DNA of 14,217 bases from assembly GCA_902785485.1 (NCBI GenBank), contig CACZZA010000034.1, positions 1 to 14,217 of the forward strand, written 5' to 3'. A model generated the notes under the pieces. That model saw only the letters and a program-made list of their open reading frames with translations. It did not search any database and was not told where the DNA came from. This DNA is from an uncultured Ruminococcus sp. Its GTDB lineage: Bacteria > Bacillota > Clostridia > Oscillospirales > CAG-272. This document shows positions 12,833 through 14,217 of the stretch, in pieces. The first letter of the stretch is position 1; the number at the start of each line of letters is the position of its first letter. The position numbers were made by a program, and so were the translations under genes.

Positions 12833-14217
12833 ATGAACACCAGATTGGAAAAGGACTCGGTAGGTCAGCTCGAAGTCCCGCAAGACGCGTACTACGGAGT
12901 ACATTCCAAAAGAGCAAAGATCAATTTTGACATCACGGGGCAGAGGCTCAACGACGAGCTGATCCGCGCCCTCGTTGAAATAAAAAAGGCGTGCGCGCTT
13001 GCAAACAACGTCAACAAGGATCTCGACGACGAGAAGTGCGGCGCGATAGTCAAGGCGTGCGACTATATACTCGAAGGAAATCTGTTCGATCAGTTCATCA
13101 CCGACCCGATCCAAGGCGGCGCGGGAACTTCTTCAAATATGAACGCGAACGAAGTCGTAGCCAATAAGGCTATCGAAATTCTCGGTCATAACAAGGGCGA
13201 ATACCAGTACGTTCATCCGAACGATCACGTCAATATGTCGCAGTCGACTAACGACGTTTATCCGACGGCGGGCAAGCTTGCGGCGATCAAGCTCATCGAA
13301 AAGACGCTCCCCAAGCTCGAGCTTCTCCACAGATCGCTTCTCAATAAGGCGATAGAGTTCAGAGATATAATCAAAATGGGACGTACCCAGCTTCAGGACG
13401 CCGTTCCTGTATCGCTCGGCGGTTCGTTCAAGGCTTTTGCCGATGCGCTCGAACGCGACATCAAGCGCATCAAGCGCGTGGAAAAAGAACTGATGGTAAT
13501 AAACCTCAGCGGTACCGCGGTCGGCACGGGCATCAACGCTTCGCAGTCGTTCCACGATAATATCATTAAATATATGAGAGAGGTCACCGGAGTCGAATTC
13601 GTCCTCGCGGAAGACCTCGTAGACGCAACGCAGAACCTCGACTGCTACGTCGTCGTTTCAGGCGTTCTCAAGACCTGCGCCGTCGATCTTTCCAAGATGA
13701 GCAACGACCTCCGGCTCATGTCCTCCGGTCCGAAGGACGGACTCAACGAGATAGTGCTTCCTCCGCGCCAGAACGGAAGCTCCATCATGCCCGGCAAGAT
13801 CAATCCCGTTATCCCCGAGGTCGTATCTCAGGTCGCGTTCTCGGTCATCGGTAACGATATGACGATAGCTATGGCGGCGGAAGCCGGTCAGCTCGAGCTG
13901 AACGCGTTTGAACCCGTGCTGTTCTACAAGCTGTTCGAGTCTATCACCACTATCGGCAACGCCGCGCAGACTCTGTCCGAGCATTGCGTAGACGGCATCA
14001 AGGCAAATAAGGACGTTTGCCTCTCCTACATCGAACGCTCTGCCGGCATCGTCACCGCGCTTTGTCCTCACCTCGGATACGTAAGATCCGCCGAGATAGC
14101 AAAGGCGGTCCTCAAGTCGGGAAAGACGGTACGCGATTATCTTCTTGACGAAAAGATCCTTACTTCCGAACAGATCGACGATATTCTCGATCCCGCGAAG
14201 CTCGTCCATCCTATCAA
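12833..14217 (+). CDS. aspA: Aspartate ammonia-lyase (aspartase), truncated at the 3' end by the window edge.
   Basis: Absent from the ORF track because the window ends before a stop codon. Manual translation from ATG 12833 (RBS ggag 12821-12824) gives MNTRLEKDSVGQLEVPQDAYYGVHSKRAKINFDITGQ...QGGAGTSSNMNANEVVANKAIEILG...SQSTNDVYPTA...GSSIMPGKINPVIPE. The last is the fumarate-lyase signature GSSxMPxKxNP, and the whole is aspartase-like. Confidence 0.9.
   Translation, partial: MNTRLEKDSVGQLEVPQDAYYGVHSKRAKINFDITGQRLNDELIRALVEIKKACALANNVNKDLDDEKCGAIVKACDYILEGNLFDQFITDPIQGGAGTSSNMNANEVVANKAIEILGHNKGEYQYVHPNDHVNMSQSTNDVYPTAGKLAAIKLIEKTLPKLELLHRSLLNKAIEFRDIIKMGRTQLQDAVPVSLGGSFKAFADALERDIKRIKRVEKELMVINLSGTAVGTGINASQSFHDNIIKYMREVTGVEFVLAEDLVDATQNLDCYVVVSGVLKTCAVDLSKMSNDLRLMSSGPKDGLNEIVLPPRQNGSSIMPGKINPVIPEVVSQVAFSVIGNDMTIAMAAEAGQLELNAFEPVLFYKLFESITTIGNAAQTLSEHCVDGIKANKDVCLSYIERSAGIVTALCPHLGYVRSAEIAKAVLKSGKTVRDYLLDEKILTSEQIDDILDPAKLVHPI

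Noticed and set aside
1-14217. Screen for tRNA/rRNA genes, CRISPR arrays, IS elements, integrases and toxin-antitoxin pairs.
   Set aside because: I saw no cloverleaf-like conserved tRNA motifs, no direct-repeat arrays and no transposase- or integrase-like translations. Every sizeable ORF is accounted for by the calls above.

Overview
All 13 genes in this window sit on the + strand, and the genome looks Gram-positive Firmicutes/Clostridia-type. The large multidomain protein contains a dockerin and the adjacent protein a dockerin plus cohesin-like fold, which suggests a cellulosome-producing organism, but the taxon is inference only. The order is: (i) a housekeeping block, lgt (3' part) - folD - [promoter with A-tract UP-like region and structured leader] - rplU - prp - rpmA - galE - strong terminator. 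(ii) A strongly promoted, terminator-bounded four-gene unit: a DUF1836 protein, an NfeD-like membrane protein carrying an inserted Asp-rich calcium-binding-type tandem repeat, a FloT-like flotillin (SPFH), and a 1273-aa secreted multidomain protein. That protein has two tandem beta-helix-like domains, an Ig/FN3-like domain, a BspA-type LRR unit, an internal dockerin and a C-terminal NlpC/P60-like Cys/His domain. (iii) A separately promoted secreted Ig-like + cohesin-like + dockerin protein, a candidate adaptor scaffoldin. (iv) A YitT-family membrane protein, a perfect 16-bp AT-rich palindrome, and aspartate ammonia-lyase, truncated at the window end. I saw no tRNA, rRNA, CRISPR array or mobile element. 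The most interesting feature is the flotillin/NfeD membrane-microdomain module. It appears to be co-transcribed with an upstream DUF1836 gene and a downstream giant dockerin-bearing secreted protein, an arrangement I do not recognise as described.
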